The position numbers and the translations under genes were made by a program. From Eledone cirrhosa (Eukaryota), in contig OZ024741.1 of assembly GCA_964016885.1 (NCBI GenBank), forward strand, positions 314,278,001 to 314,342,000: a DNA stretch of 64,000 nucleotides, read 5' to 3'. The notes below the pieces were generated by a model, which was not told the DNA's origin, searched no databases, and saw nothing but the letters and a program-made list of their open reading frames with translations. Positions 1 to 15,210 of the stretch are shown one piece after another (the stretch's first letter is position 1; each line of letters opens with the position of its first letter).

Positions 1-3000
1 TGGAGTGTCCATTTTTTATTTGGGGTGGGGGTCCGTTTTTATTTTGGGTATTCCCGTTTTGTTTGGGGTGTCCGTTTTTTGTTTGGGGGTGATCCTTTTT
101 TTTATTTAGGAGGATACGTCTTTTTATTTTGAGGATATGCGTTTTATATTTGGGGATCTTTCTTTAATTTTTGTGGTCCGTTTTAATATTTGGGCTCCGT
201 TTTTTATTCGGAGATATTTGTTTTTTAATTTGAGGGTATCTGTCCTCATCTGTGGGTGGGTGTCCGTTTCTTGTATGTGGGTCCATTTTTTATTTGGGGG
301 TTCCGTTTTTTATTTGGGCGGGACCCGGTTTTTCTGTGGGTGTCCGTTATTTTATTTGGGGGGGATCTGATTTATTTATTTGTGAGTATCTTTTTTTTAT
401 TGGGGCGGAGTCCGTTTTTTATTTGGGTGTATCCGTTTTTCATTTGGAGTGGATCCGATTTTTATTTGTGTGTCCGTTTTTTTCTTTGGCGGTCTGTTCC
501 TTTATTTGGGGGTCATCCTTATTTTATTTCGAGTGGACCCGTTTTTTATTTGGGGATCCGTTTTTTATTTGGTGGGGTCCGTTTTTTATTTGCGGCTTGT
601 CCGTTTTTCATTTGCGGGGTTCATTTATTGTTTGGGGGATTCGTTTTTTATTTTGAACGGATCCGTTTTTTATTTGGAGGGATATATATTGTATTTGGGC
701 GGGTCCCTTTTTTTATTTGGGGGATGTGTTTTTTATTTGGGGTGTCCGTTTTTTATTTGGGGGGGATACGTATTCTTTTTGGGCGGGACCCATTTTATAT
801 TCGGGGATCCGTTCTTTTATTTGAATAGATCCGTTTTTTATTTGGTTGGATCGGTTTTTTTATTTGGGGGACACGATTTTGTTTGTGGTCCGATTTTTTA
901 TTGTGGGGACGTCCGTTTTTTGTTTGTGCGTCGGTTTTTTATCGGGGCGGTCCATTTTTTATTTGTGCGGTACTTTTTTATTATTTGGGGGTCCGTTTTT
1001 TATTTGGGAGTATCCGTTTTTATTATGAGGGGATACGTTTTTTATTTGATGGGGTCCGTTATTTATTTGGGGGGATACATATTTTATTTAGTGGTCCGTT
1101 TTTTATTTGAGCTGTACCTGTTTTTTATTTGGCGGTCCGTATTTATTTGGGGGTATCCGTTTTTTTTATTTTGGGGATCGTTTTTTACTTTTGGGATCCG
1201 TTTTTTTAATTTTGGGGTTCCGTTTTTTATTCGGTGGTGATGCGTTTTTTTATTTTGAAGGGATACGTTTTTTATTTGGGGAAACGATTTTTATTTTTGG
1301 GGTGTGTTTTTTTATTTTGGCGGTCTGTTTTTTATTCATTGAGGATCCGTTTTTTATTTTGAGGGGACACTTTTTTATTTGGGGGGCTCCGTTTTTTGTT
1401 TGGGGGCCGCGTTTTTATTTGGGGGTGGGTCCGTTCTTTGTTTGTGGGTCCGTTTTTTATTGGGGCGGTCCATTTTTTATTTGTGCGGTGCCTGTTTATT
1501 CTTTGGCGGTCCATTTTTTATTTGGGAGTATCCCTTTTTTATTATGAGGGGATACGTTTATTATTTGATGGGGTCCGTTATTTATTTGGGGGATACATAT
1601 TTTATTTAGGGGTCCATTTTTTATTTGAGCGGTACCTGTTTATTATTTGGCGGTGCGTATTTTATTTCTGGGTATCCGTCTTTTATTTGGGGGATCGTTT
1701 TTTATTTTTGGGGCCCGTTTTTTTATTTTGGGGTTCCGTTTTTTATTCGGTGAGGATCCGTTTGTTAACTTGAGGGGACACTTTATTATTTGGGTGTGTC
1801 CTTTTTTGTTTGCGGGCCCGGTTTTTATTTGGGGCCACCCGTTTTTTATTTGGGGGGTCCGTTGTTTCTATAGGGGTCGGTGTTTTTATTTGTGAGTATC
1901 CGTATTTTCTTGGGGGGGGCGTCCATTTTTTATTTGGGGGGGATCCGTTTTTTATTTGGGGTGTTACGTTTTTGTTTGGGGGTGTCCGTTTTTTGTTTGG
2001 GGGCGATCCTTTTTTTATTTAGTAGGATACGTTTTTTATTTTGAGGATATTCGTTTTATATATTGGGGGATCTTTTTTCAATTTTTGTGGTCCATTTTTA
2101 ATATTTGGGCTCCGTTTTTTATTCGGGGATATTAGTTTTTTAATTTGAGGGTATCTGTTCTTATTGGGGGAGGGTCCTTTTTTTGTATGTGGGTCCATTT
2201 TTTATTTGGCGGTTCCATTTTTTATTTGGGCGGGACCCGTTTTTTCTTTGGATGTCCGTATTTTTATTTGGGGGGATCCGTTTTTTATTTGGAGTGGATC
2301 CGTTTTTTATTTGTCTGTACGTTTTTTTCTTTGGTGGTTTCTTTCTTTATTTGGGGGTCATCCTTATTTTATTTCGAGTGGACCCGTCTTTTATTTGGGG
2401 ATCCGTTTTTTATTTGGTAGGGTCCGTTTTTTATTTGCGGCGGTTCCGTTTTTTATTTGCGGGGTCCATTTTTTGTTTGGGAGGATTCGTTTTTTATTTG
2501 GGGTATTCATTTTTTATTTGGGTGATCCGTTTTTTATTTGAGGGTATCCGTTTTTTGAGGGTATCCGTTAGGTGTCAGTTTTTTCTTTTAGATGTCTGTT
2601 TTTTATTTGGGGGTGGGGGTCTTTTTTTCTTAGGGGGTCCGTTTTTTATTTGGGTGTCCGTTTTTGGGGTGGTCCATTTTTTTATTTGGGGGGCATTCGT
2701 TTATATTTCAAGGGAATCCGTTTTTATTTGGGGGGTTCCGTTTTTCATTTGGAGGGGGTTCATTTTTTATCTGGCGTGATACGTTTTTCATTTGGAGGGG
2801 TCCGTTTTTTATTTGTGGGGTCCGTTTTTTATTTGGGTGTGACGCGTTTTTATTTGAGGGTCCGTTTTTTTATTGGAGGGGAGCCGTTTTTTATTTGGGT
2901 GATCTGTATTTTATTTGGGGGCCTGTTTTTTTATTTGGAGGCGGATCCGTTTTTTATTTGTGGGGTCCGTTTATTATTCGGGGGGATCCTTTTTTTAATA

Positions 3001-6000
3001 GGGGGATCCGTTTTTATTTGGTGGATCCGTTTTTTATTTGGGGGATCCGTTTTTTCTTTGCGGCGGTCCGTTTTTTATTTGGGGTCAGTTTTTCATTTGG
3101 GGGATAGGCTCTTGTTTGGGGATCCCTTTTTTGTTTGGAGGATCGTTTTTTATTTTCGGCATCCGTTTTTTATTCGGGGCAGATCCGTTTTTTATTATGA
3201 GGGTATACATTTTTTATTTAAAGGGTCAATTTTTTATTTGGGAGTATACATATTTTATTTAGGGTCCGTTTTTTATTTGGTTGGATCCGTTTTTCATTCG
3301 GAGGGGATCCGTTTTTTTTGGGGGGGGGGGCATCCGTTTTTTATTTGGGTGGGATCCGTTTTTTATTTGGGGGTATCAGTTTTTATTTTCAGGGATCCGT
3401 TTGTTATTTCGGTGACCGTTTTTTTATTTTTGGAGTCCTTTTTTTTACTTTGGAGCCCGTTATTTATTCGGGGCAGATCCGTTTTTAATTATGAGGTGTC
3501 GTTTTTTTATTTGGGCGGGACCCGTTTTTTATTTGGGTGCCCTATTTTTATTTGGGGGGATCCGTTTTTTTATTTGGGGTGTTCCGCTTTCTCTTGGGGG
3601 GTCCGTTTTTTATTTGGGGGATCCGTTTTTTCTTTGGGGCGGTCCGTTTATATTTGGGTCAGTTTTTCATTTGGGGGATACGATTTTGTTTGGTGATCCC
3701 TTTTTTATTTGGGGAATCGTTTTTCTTAATTTTGGGGACGGTTTTCTTATTTTGGGGGTCCGTTTCTTATTAGGTAAGGATCCGTTTTTTAATATGAGGG
3801 GATATGTTTTTTATTTTATGGGTCAGTTTTTATTTGGGGGTCCGTTTTCCTTATTTTAAGGGTCCGTTTTTTTGGACCCATTTTTTATTTGGGTGTCCGT
3901 CCTTTGGGGAGGTACGTTTTTTATTTGGGGGCATCCGTTTATACTTCAAGAGGATCCGTTTAATATTTTGGGGATCCAGTTTTCATTTGGAGGGGGTGCA
4001 TTTTTTATTTGGGGGGAAACGTTTTTGCTTCAGGGTCCGTTTTTTGTTTGAGAGCTTACCGTTTTTTTATCCGGGGGATCGGTTTTATATTTGGAGGGAT
4101 CCGTTTTTTATTTTAGGTGTCCGTTTTTTATGGGGGGGGGCGTCCGTGTTTTGTTTCGGGGTCCGTTTTCTATTGGGGCGGTCTATTTTTTAATTGAGCG
4201 GTACCTATTTTTCATTTGGAGGGATACGTTTTTTATTTTTGGTGTCTGTTTTTTATTTTGGTGTTCCGTTTTTTATTCGGTAGTGATCCGGGGGGGGGGG
4301 TCCGTTTGTTAATAGGGGGACCGTTTTTATTTGGCGCTGCGTTTTTTATTTGGGGAATCCGTTTTTTCTTTGGGGTGGTCCGTTTTTTATTTCGGGAATT
4401 GGTTTTTTGTTTGGCTGGTTCGTTTTTTACTTTGGGGTCAGTTTTTCATTTGGGGGATACGCTTTTGTTTGGGGATCCCTTTTTTGTTTGGAGGATCGTT
4501 TTTTAAAATTTGGGGTCCGTATTTTATTTTTGGGTTGATCCGTTTTTTATATTGAGAGGATACGTTTTTTTACTTGGGGAAACGTTTTTCTTAATTTTGG
4601 GGACCGTTTTCTTATTTTGGGGGTCCGTTTCTTATTCGGGGAGGATCCGTTTTTTATTATGAGGGGATACGTTTTTATTTGATGGGTTCCGTTTTTTATA
4701 TGTGGGGATACATAATTTATTTAGGGGTCGGTTTTTTTATTTTAGGTGTCCGTTTTTCATTTGGGTGGGGTGTCCTTTTTCCAGTTGTGGGTCGCTTTTA
4801 TTTTGGGGCTGTCCGTTTTTTATTTGGCGGTCTGTATTTTATTTGGGGGTATCCGCTTTTTATTTGGGCATCGTTTTTTTATTTTTGGGGTCCGTTTTTT
4901 TGGACACATTTTTTATTTGGGTGTCCGTTTTTCGGGGGGGGGGGGGGGCATCCATTTATATTTCAAATGGGATCCGTTTAATATTTTGGGGGATCCATTT
5001 TTCATTTGGAGGCGGTGCATTTTTTATTTGGGGGTAGCCGTTTTTGCTTGGGGGGTCCGTTTTTAGTTTGGGTGGGTACCGTCTTCTATTTGGGAGGATC
5101 GGATTTTAATTTGGAGGGGATCCGTTTTTTATTTCAGGTATTTTTTTTTTATTTTGGGGGTCCGTTTTTTATTCGGGGGAGATCAGTTATTTTATTATAA
5201 GGGTATACGTATTTTATTTGAGGGGGGTCCATTATTTATTTGAGGCCATAAATATTTTATTTGGGCTTCCGTTTTTTTTATTTTAGGTGTCCGTTTTTTA
5301 TTGGGGGGTATCCGTTTTTTATTTGGCGGTAAGATTTTTTATTTTGAGGTATCTGTTTTTCATTTGGAGGGATCAGTTTTTTAATTTGGGGGGCATCAGA
5401 TTTTTATTTGGAGGGGATCCATTTTTATTTGGGGATCCGTTTTTTATTTGGGGCGATCCGTTTTCTATTTTGAAGGGATCCGTTTTTTATTTGGGCGTTT
5501 CATTTATTACTTGGGCGGGACCCGTCTTTTATTTGGGGGCCCGTTTTTTTGGGGGGCGTTCCTATTTTTATTTGGGGGGTCAGTTTTTTTTATTTTGGGG
5601 GATACGTTTTTGTTTTTGGGGATCCTTTTTTATTTGGTGGGATCGTTTTTTTATTTTGGGGGGAACCGTTTATTTTTGGGTCGGTGCGTTTTTTATTGGG
5701 GATCCGTTGTTTATTCGTGGGGTCCGTTTTTTATTCAGGGGGTCCGTTTCTTATTGGGTATCCGTTTTTTATTCGCGGGGATTCCGTTTTTATTTGGGGC
5801 GGGTCCATTTTTTATTTGGGGATCGGTTTTTAATTTGGGGGGGGGCGTTTTCTATTTAGGGCGTCCGCTTTTTATTTTGGGGGATACGTTTTTGTTTGGG
5901 GGATACGTTTTTATTTGGCGGTGATACGTATTCTTTTGGGGCAGGATCCGTTTTTTATTTGGGGGTCGGTTTTTTTATTTGGAGGGATCCGTTTTTTATT

Positions 6001-8773
6001 TGGGGGATCGGTTTTTATTTTCAGGGATCCGTTTTTTATTTCGGGGACCGTTATTTATTCGGGGCAGATCCGGTTTTTATTATGAGGGTATACATTTTTT
6101 ATTTAAGGCGGTCAATTTTTTATTTGGGGGTATACATATTTCATTTAGGAGTCCGTTTTTTTTAATTTTAGTTGCCCATTTTTCTTTGGGGGGCAGGGTC
6201 CGTTTTTAAAATGGGGAGGGGGTCCGTTTTTTGTTTGGGGTTGCATTTTTTATTTTAAATGTCCGTTTTTTATTGGAGTGGGGGGGTCCGTTTTACAATT
6301 GAGCGGTACCCGTTTTTCATTTGACTGTCCGTTTTTTATGTTTAGGGTCCGTGTTTTATTTGGGGCTCTGTTTTTTATTTGGGGCATCCGTTCTGTATAT
6401 TGAGGGGATCCGTTTTTTATTTGGGGTTTCTGTTTTTTATTTGGGCGGGACCCGTTTTTTATTAGGGTGTCCTATTTTTATTTAGGGGATCCGTTTTTTA
6501 TTTGGGGTGTTCCGCTTTTTCTTGGGGTACGTTTTTTATTTGGGTGGGACTCGTTTTTTATTTGAGGGTCCGTTTTTTATTTAAAGTGTCCGTTTTTTAT
6601 TGGGCGGGAGGGGTCCGTGTTTTGTGTCGGGGTCCGTTTTCATTCGGGGGGTCCCTTTTTAATAGAGCGGTATCTATTTCTCATATGACGGTCCGTTTTT
6701 TATTTGGGGGACCCGTTTTTTATTTGGAAGGGATACGTTTTTTATTGGGGGAATCGTTTTTTATTTTTGGGGTCCGTTTTCTATTTTGGGGGTCCATTTT
6801 TTTATTTGGGGCGAGTCCATTTTTTATTGGGGCGGTCCTTTTTTTAATTGAGCGGTATATATTTTTCATTTGACGGTCCGTTTTTTATTTGGGGGTATCC
6901 GTTTTTTATTTGGAGGGATACGTTTTTTTTATTTTTGGGGTCCGTTTTTTATTTTGGTGTTCCGTTTTTTAATCGGTAGGGAGTCCGTTTTTTATTTGGA
7001 AGGGATACGTTTTCAATTTGGGGCATCGTTTTTCATTTTGGGGGTCTGTTTTTTACTTGGAGCATCTTTTTTTTATTTGGGGGTTCCGTTTTTTATTTTG
7101 GGGATCCATTTTTTATTTTGCGGGTCGGTTTTTTATTTGGGGGAATCGTTTATTGTTTGAGGGTTCGTTTTTTATTTGGGGTGCTCCATTTTTTATTTGG
7201 GCTGGACCGGTTATTCATTTGGCGGTCCGTTTTATTAATTTGGCGGATGCGTTTTTTATTTGGAGGGATCTGATTTTTATTTGGTGGGCATCCGATTTTA
7301 ATTCGGAGAGGATCTGTTTTTTATTTGGGGGTATCCGTTCTGTATTTTGAGGGGATCCGTTTTTTATTTGGGGTTTCTGTTTTTTTATTTGGGCGGGACC
7401 CGTTTTTTTATTTCTGTGTCCATTTTTTATTTGGGGGGTTCCGCTATTTCTTAGGTGGTCCTTTTTTTATTTGGGCGGGACACGTTTTTTATTTGAGTGT
7501 CCGTCTTTTTATTGGCGGGGAGCCGTTTTTTATTTGGGGTCCGTTTTTTATTTAGTAGCGGATCCGGTTTTTATTTGTGGGGTCCGTTTTTTATTCGGGG
7601 GGGGGGGGGATCCGGTTTTTAATGGGGGATCCGTTTTTATTAGGCGCTCTGTTTTTTATTTGGGGGATCCGTTTTTTATTTGGGGAATTGGTTATTTGTT
7701 TGGGGGGTTTGTTTTTTAATTTGGGGTCCGTTTTTCATTTGGGTGATACGCTTTTGTTTGGGGATCCCTTTTTTGTTTGGAGGATCGTTTTTTATTTTTG
7801 GGGTCCGTTTTTTATTCGGGGTTGATCCGTTTTTTATTTGAGAGGATACGTTTTTTATTTGATGGGGTCCGTTTTTTATTTGGGGGATACATATTTTATT
7901 TAGGGGTCCATTTTTTTATTTTAGGTGTCCGTTTTTCATTTGGGTGGGGGGTCCGTTTTTTGTTTGTGGGTCGGTTTTTTATTGGGGCTGTCCGTTTTTT
8001 ATTTGGTGGTCTGTATTTTATTTGGGGTTATCCGTTTTTTATTTGAGGGGATACGTTTTTTATTTGGAAGGGATACGTTTTTTATTTCGGGAAGTATTTT
8101 TTATGTTTGGGGTCCATTTTTTTTATTTTGGGTTTCCGGTTTTTATTCGGTGGTGATCCGTTTTTTATTTGGAAGGAATACGTTTTTTATTTGGGGAATA
8201 TTTTTTTTTATTTTGGGGGTCCGTTTCCTATTTGGGGGGTTCGTTTTTTATTTGGGGCGGGTCCGTTTTTTGTTGGGGGCGGGTCCGTGTTTTGTTTCGG
8301 GTTCCGTTTTTTATTGGGGTGGTCCGTTTTTTAATTGATACTTATTTTTCATTTGACGGTCTGTTTTTTATTTGGGGTATCCGTTTTTTATTTGGAAGTA
8401 TACGTTTTTTTATTTTTGGGGTCCATTTTTATTTTGGGGTTCCGTTTTTAATCCTGTAGTGATCCGTTTTTTATTTGGAAGGGATCCCTTTTTTGTTTGG
8501 AGGATCGTTTTTTATTTTTGGGGTCCGTTTTTTATTCATGGCTGATCCGTTTTTTATTTTGAGAGGATACGTTTTTCATTTGATGGGGTCCGTTTTTTAT
8601 TTGGGGGGAAACATATTTTATTTAGGGTCCGTTTTTTTATTTTAGGTGTCCGTTTTTCATTTGGGTGGGGGGGGTCCGTTTTTTGTTTGTGGGTCGGTTT
8701 TTTTATTGGGCCTGTCCGTTTTTTATTTGGCGGTCTGTATTTTATTTGGGGGTATCCGTTTTTTATTTGGAGG

Positions 8774-9230
8774 TGAAGTAACCTACATTTCGCGGGCTCA
8801 CATACATTCTCTGTGCGTGATTTGGCTCAGCTCAGCCAATCAGCGCCAGGGGAAGAGAATGTATCCCTACGCGTTCTGAGGGAGAAACAGCCAGCGAAGA
8901 TTTGAGGAATCTCACTCTGGCAGCTTGACAACGCTAAGGTAAACACCACTTGTTCTTTTGCTCCGTAACCACAAACAATATGTAACGACACAACAATTTT
9001 ACTACGGGCCTGGCCAAACGCCTCAGCCAGTCGACCGTATTTTCTCTTGTAATCTTAATTGAATTATTTCATTTCTCTTGGCATGCCAGCCTAATTCACT
9101 TCTTAACCTTTGTTAATAAATAATGTAAAACATGCTAAAGTCGTTGTCCATATTCCTCTATCATATCTTTCTACCAAAGGTGGTTCCTCGTGGCAACCTT
9201 ACCAACTTCTAAACATAAATCTCTGCTAAA
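8774..9230 (+). mobile_element. Solo LTR of an LTR retrotransposon (probably Gypsy-like), 457 bp, inserted in the satellite
   Basis: Non-satellite block with termini TGAAG...CTAAA, which look like degenerate TGTAG...CTACA (the second copy starts TGTAG). Flanked by a 4-bp direct repeat GAGG (8770-8773 and 9231-9234). CCAAT at ~8836 and AATAAA at 9115-9120. Removing the block restores a normal monomer. Confidence 0.8.
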
Positions 9231-12200
9231 GAGGTATACGTTTTTTATTTGGAAGGGATACGTTTTTTATTTGGGGAAGTGTTTTTTTATTTTTGAGGTC
9301 CATTTTTTTATCTTGGGGTTCCGGTTTTTATTCGGTGGTGATCCGTTTATTTATTTTGAAGCGATACGTTTTTTATTTGGGGAATCGTTTTTTTATTTTG
9401 GGGGTCCGTTTTCTATTTTGGGGGTTCGTTTTTTATTTGGGACGGGTCCGTTTTTTGTTGGGGGCGGGTCCGTGTTTTGTTTCGGGTTCCGTTTTTTATT
9501 GGGGAGGTCCGTTTTTTTATTGAGCAGTATCTATTTTTCATTTGACGATCCGTTTTTTATTTGGGGGTATCCGTTTTTTATTTGGAAGTATACGTTTTTT
9601 TATTTTTGGGGTCTCTTTTTTATTTTGGGGTTCCGTTTTTAATTCTGTAGTGATCCGTTTTTTATTTGGAAGGGATACGTTTTTTATTTGGGGCATCGTC
9701 TTTTATTTTTAGGGTCCGTTTTTATTTTGGTGGTCCGTTTTTTTATTTAGGGCGGGTCCGTTTTTTGTTTGGGGTACGTTTTTTATTTGGGTTGGATCCG
9801 TTTTTATTTGGTGGAGTCGTTTTTTATTTGGAGCATCGTTTTTTTTTATTTGGGTGTGCCGTTTTTTATTTTGGGGTTCCATTTTTTTTATTTGGGGGTC
9901 CGTTTTTTTATTTGGGGGATTCGTTTATTGTTTGAGGTTTCGTTTTTTATTTGGGTTGGTCCGTTTTTTATTTGGGGTTGTCCGGTTTTTATTTGGGCGG
10001 GACCCATATTTTATTTGGTGGTCCGTTTTATTAATTTGGGGGATGCGTTTTTTATTTGGAGGGATATGTTTTTTATTTGGCCGTCCGTTTTATTAATTTG
10101 GGGGGATGCGTTTTTTATTTGGAGGGATCTGTTTTTTGTTTGGAGGGCATCCGATTTTAATTCGGAGAGGATCCGTTTTTTATTTGGGGGATACGTTTTT
10201 GTTTGGGGATCTCTTTTTCGTTTGGAGGATCGTTTTTTATTTCTGGGGTGCGTTTTTTATTCGGGATTGGTCAGTTTTTTATTTTCAGAGGATACGTTTT
10301 TTTTATTTGGGGAATCGTTTTTCTTAATTTTGGGGACCGTTTTCTTATTTTGGGGATCCGTTTCTTATTCGGGGAGGATCCGTTTTTTATTATGAGGGGA
10401 TACGTTTTTTATTTGATGGGGTCCATTTTTTATTTGGGGGGTTACATATTTTATTTAGGGGTTCGTTATATTATTTTAGGTGTCCGTTTTTCATATGGGG
10501 GGTTCGTTTTTTGTTTGTGGGCCCGTTTTTTTATTGGGGTTGTCCGTTTTTTATTTGAGACGTACCTGTTTTTTATTAGGTGGTCCGTATTTTATTTGGG
10601 GGTATCCGTTTTTCATTTGGGTGGATACGTTTTTTATTTGGAAGGGATATGTTTTTTATTTGGGGAATCGTTTCTTTTATTTTGGGTGTTGGTTTTTTAT
10701 TTTGGGGTTCCGGTTTTTATTCGGTGGTAATCCGTTTTTTACTTTGAAAGGATACGTTTTTTATTTGGGGTATCGCTTTTGAATTTTGGGTCCGTTTTAT
10801 TTTGGACCCATTTTTTATTTGGGTGTCCGTCTTTTGGGGGTCCGTTTTTTATTTGGGGGGCATCCGTTTATATTTCAAGGGGATCCGTTTAATAATTTGT
10901 GGGATCCATTTTTCATTTGGAGGAAAGCATTTTTTATTTGGAGGGATCCGTTTTTGCTTGTGGGTCCGTTTTTTTGTTTGAGAGGGTACTATTTTTTTAT
11001 TCGGGAGGTTCGGTTTTTTATTTGGAGGGGATCCGTTTTTTATTTCGGGGTTCTTTTGTTTTATTTTTGCGGTCATTTTTTTTTTATTTTGGGGCCCGTT
11101 TTTTATTCGGGGGGATCAGTTTTTTATTATAAGGGGATACTATTTTATTTGAGGGGGTTCGTTTTTTATTTGAGGCGATGAAAATTTTATTTGGGCGTGC
11201 GTTTTTTATTTTAGGTGTCCGTTTTCTATTGGGGGGGGGGGTCCGTGTTTTCTTTCGGGGTCCTTTTTTTATTGGGGCGGTCCGTTTTTTAATTGCGCGA
11301 TACCTATTTTTCATTTGGCGGTCCGTTTTTTATTTGGGGACATCCGTTTTTTATTTGGAGGGATACGTCTTTTATTTTGGGGGTCCGTTTTTTATTTTGG
11401 GGTTCGTTTTTTATTCGGTAGTGATCCGTTTTTTATTTGGAAGGGATACGTTTTTTATTTGGGGAATCTTTTTTTATTTTTGGTTCCGTTTTTTATTTGG
11501 GGCGGGTCCGTTTTTTGTTGGGGTGGGTCCGTGCTTCGTTTCGGGGTCCGTTTTTATTGGGGCGGTCCGTTTTGTAATTGAGCAGTACCTATTTTTAATT
11601 TGACGTCCGTTTTTATTTGGGTTTATCCGTTTTCTATTTGGAGGGATACGTTTTTTATTTTTGTGATCTGTTTTTTTATTTTGGGGTTCGGTTTTTTATT
11701 TTGGGGGTCCATTTTTTATTTGGGGCGGATCCGTTTTTTGTTTGAATGTACGTTTTCTATTTGGGGTGGATCCGTTTTCATTTGGTGGGTCCGTTTTTTA
11801 CTTGGAGCATCGTTTTTTTTATTTGGGGGTTCCGTTTTTTTTATTTTGGGGATCCATTTTTTATTTTGGGGGTTCGTTTAATATTTGGGGGAATCGTTTA
11901 TTGTTTAAGGGTTCGTTTTTTATTTGGGCGGGACCCGTTTTTTATTTGGCGGTCCGTTTTATTAATTTGGGGGATGCTTTTTTTATTTGGAGGGATTTTT
12001 TTTTTATTTGGGAGGCATCCGATTTTAATTCAGAGAGCATCCGTTTTTTATTTGGGGGGATCCGTTCTGTATTTTCAGGGGATCCTTTTTTTATTTGGGG
12101 TTTCTGTTTTTTTATTTGGGTGGGACCCGTTTTTTCGGGGTGACCATATTTTATTTGGGGGGTTCCGCTTTTTCTTGGGGCTCCGTTTTTTATTTGGGCG

Positions 12201-13559
12201 GGACCCGTTTTTTATTTCATGTCCGTCTTTTTATTGGAGGGGAGCCGTTTTTTATTTGGGGGATCTGTTTTATATTTGGGCGTCCTTTTTTATTTGGTAG
12301 CGGATCCATTTTTGTTTGTGGGGTCTTTTTTTATTCGGGGTCCGTTTTTTAATCGTGGGATCCGTTTTTATTTGGTGCTCCTTTTTTATTTGGAGGATTC
12401 GTTTTTTCATTGGGGCGGTCTGTTTTTTATTTGGGGTATTGTTTTTTTATTGTGGGGGGGGGGGGGCTGGATTTTACTTTGGGGTCAGTTTTTAATTTGG
12501 GGGATACGTTTTTGTTTGGGGATCCCTTTTTTGTTTGTAGGATCATTTTTTATTTTGGGGTCCATTTTTTATTCGGGGTTGATCCGTTTTTTATTTTGAG
12601 AGGATACGTTTTTTTATTTGGGGAATCGTTTTTCTTAATTTTGGGGACCGTTTTCTTATTTTGGGTGTCCGTTTCTTATTCGGGGAGGATCCGTTTTTTA
12701 TTTTGAATGGATACGTTTTTATTTGGGGTATCGTTTTTTAATTTTGGGGTCCGTTTTTTTTTACCCATTTTTTATTTGGGTGTCCGTTCGTCTTTTGGGG
12801 GGGGGGGGGTCCGTTTTTTATTTGGGGGCCATCCGTTTATATTTCAAGGGGATCCGTTTAATAATTTGGGGGATCCATTTTTCATTTGGAGGGGGTGTAT
12901 TTTTTATTTGAGGGGATCCGTTTTTGCTTGTGGGTCCGTTTTTTGTCTGAGAGGGTACCGTTTTTTATTCGATGGATCGGTTTTTATTTGGAGGTGATCC
13001 GTTTTTTATACGGTAGTGATCCGTTTTTTATTTTGAAGGGATACATTTTTCATTTGGGGAATCTTTTTTATATTTGGGGTCGGTTTTTTATTTTGGGGTC
13101 CGTTTTTATGTGGGGAGGGACCGTTTTTTATTTGGAAGGGATACGTTTTTTATTTGGGGCATCGTTTTTTATTTTTGGGGTCCGTTTTTTATTTTGGGGG
13201 GCCATTATTTATTTGGGGCGGGTCCGTTTTTTGTTTGGGGGTACGTTTTCTATTTGGGGTGGATCCGTTTTTATTTGGTGGGTCCGTTTTTTACTTGGAG
13301 CATCGTTTTTTTTATTTGGGGAATCGTTTATTGTTTAAGGGTTCGTTTTTTATTTGGGGTGGTCCGTTTTTTATTTGGGCGGGATACGTTTTTTATTTGG
13401 CGGTCCGTTTTATTAATTTGGGGGATGCGTTTTTTATTTGGAGGGATTTTTTTTTATTTGGGGGGCATCCGATTTTAATTCTGGGAGGATCCGTTTTTTA
13501 TTTGGGGCGATTCGTTCTGTATTTTCAGGGGATCCGTTTTTTATTTGGGGTTTCTGTTT

Positions 13560-15210
13560 TTTTATTTGGGCGAGACACGTTTTTTATTTGGGGGATCTGT
13601 TTTTCATTTTGAGGGGATCCGTTTTTTGTTTGTGGGATCCGTTTTTTATTTTAGGGGATCTGCTTTTTATTTGGGTGAGGTCCTCTTTTTATTTGGTGTG
13701 GATCCGTTTTTTATTTGGAGCGATCTGTTTTTTGTTTTGGGGGCATCCGTTTTTTATTTGGTGGGGATCCGTACTTTATTTGGTGGGGGGATACGTTTTC
13801 TCTATTCGGCGGGTCCGTTTTTTATTCGGGGTATCTGTCTTTTATTTGGGGCGTCCGTTTTTTATACTTTGGGTCCATTTTTCATTTGGAGGCATCGTTT
13901 TTTGTTTGGGGCTCCGTTTTTTGTTTGGAGGATCTGTTTTTTATCTAGGGGGATCCGTTTTTTATTTGGAGGAGATCCGATTTTATTTGGGGATTGAGGG
14001 TTGGTCCGCTTTTATTGGGGGGGGGGTCCGTTTTTTATTCGGGTGGGGCCTGTTTTTTCATTTGGGGGGCCCGTTAATTATTTGGGGCAGGTGATCCTTT
14101 TTTTATTTTGGGTTCCGTTTTTCATTTGGAGCGGATCCGTTTGTTCTTATGGGGTCTGTTTTCTAATTGCAGGGATCTGTTTTTTATTAGCGGGGGAGAT
14201 CCGTTTTTTGTTTTGGGGTAGTTTTCTATTGGGGGTATCTGTTTTTTATTTTGGTGGATCCGTTTTTTACTTGGGGACCCGTTTTTTTTTAGGGTATCAG
14301 TTTTTTATTTGGTGGACCTGTTTTTTCTTTGGGGTTCGTTTTTTATTTGGGGGATCAGTCTTTTCTTTGGAGGGATCTGTTTTTAATTTGGGTGGCATCT
14401 GTTCTTTATTTCGGGATCCGTTTTTTATTTCGGTGGATCCGTTTTTTATTTTGAGGGGATCCGTTTTATGTTTGGGGACGGTTTTTTTATTTGTGGGATA
14501 TTTCTTATTTGGAGGGGATCCGTTTTTGATTTGAGGGGATCCATTTTTTATTTGGAGGGGATACGTTTTTTATTTGTAGCGGATCCGTTTTTATTTGGGG
14601 GAGACACGTTTTTTATTTGGGGGATCTGTTTTTCATTTTGAGGGGATCCGTTTTTTGTTTATGGGATCCGTTTTTTATTTTAGGGGATCTGCTTTTTATT
14701 TGAGTGAGGTCCTCTTTTTATTTGGTGTGGATCCGATTTTTATTTGGAGCGATCTGTTTTTGGTTTTGGGGGCATCCGTACTTTATATGGTGGGGGGATA
14801 CGTTTTCTCTATTCGGTGGGTCCGTTTTTTATTCGGGGGAATCGGTCTTTTATTTGGGGCGACCGTTTTTTATACTTCGGGTCCATTTTTCATTTGGCGG
14901 CATCGTTTTTTGTTTGGGGCTCCGTTTTTTGTTTGGAGGATCTGTTTTTTATCTAGGCGGATCCGTTTTTTATTTGGAGGAGATCCGATTTTATTTGGGG
15001 ATTGAGGGTTGGTCCGCTTTTATTGGGGGGGGGTCCGTTTTTTATTCGGGTGGGGCCTGTTTTTTTATTTGGGGGGCCCGTTAATTATTTGGGGCGGGTG
15101 ATCCTTTTTTATTTGATCCTTTTTTTATTTTGGGTTCCGTTTTTCATTTGGAGCGGATTCGTTTGTTCTTATGGGGTCTGTTTTCTAATTGCAGGGATCT
15201 GTTTTTTATT
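13560..15210. repeat. Local higher-order duplication within the satellite (~630-bp block repeated at ~1029-bp offset)
   Basis: Diagnostic variant strings gagacacg (13572/14601), gggattgagggttggtccgc and ttctaattgcagggatctg recur in the same order. ORF-track peptides at 13545 and 14595 are near-identical. Confidence 0.85.
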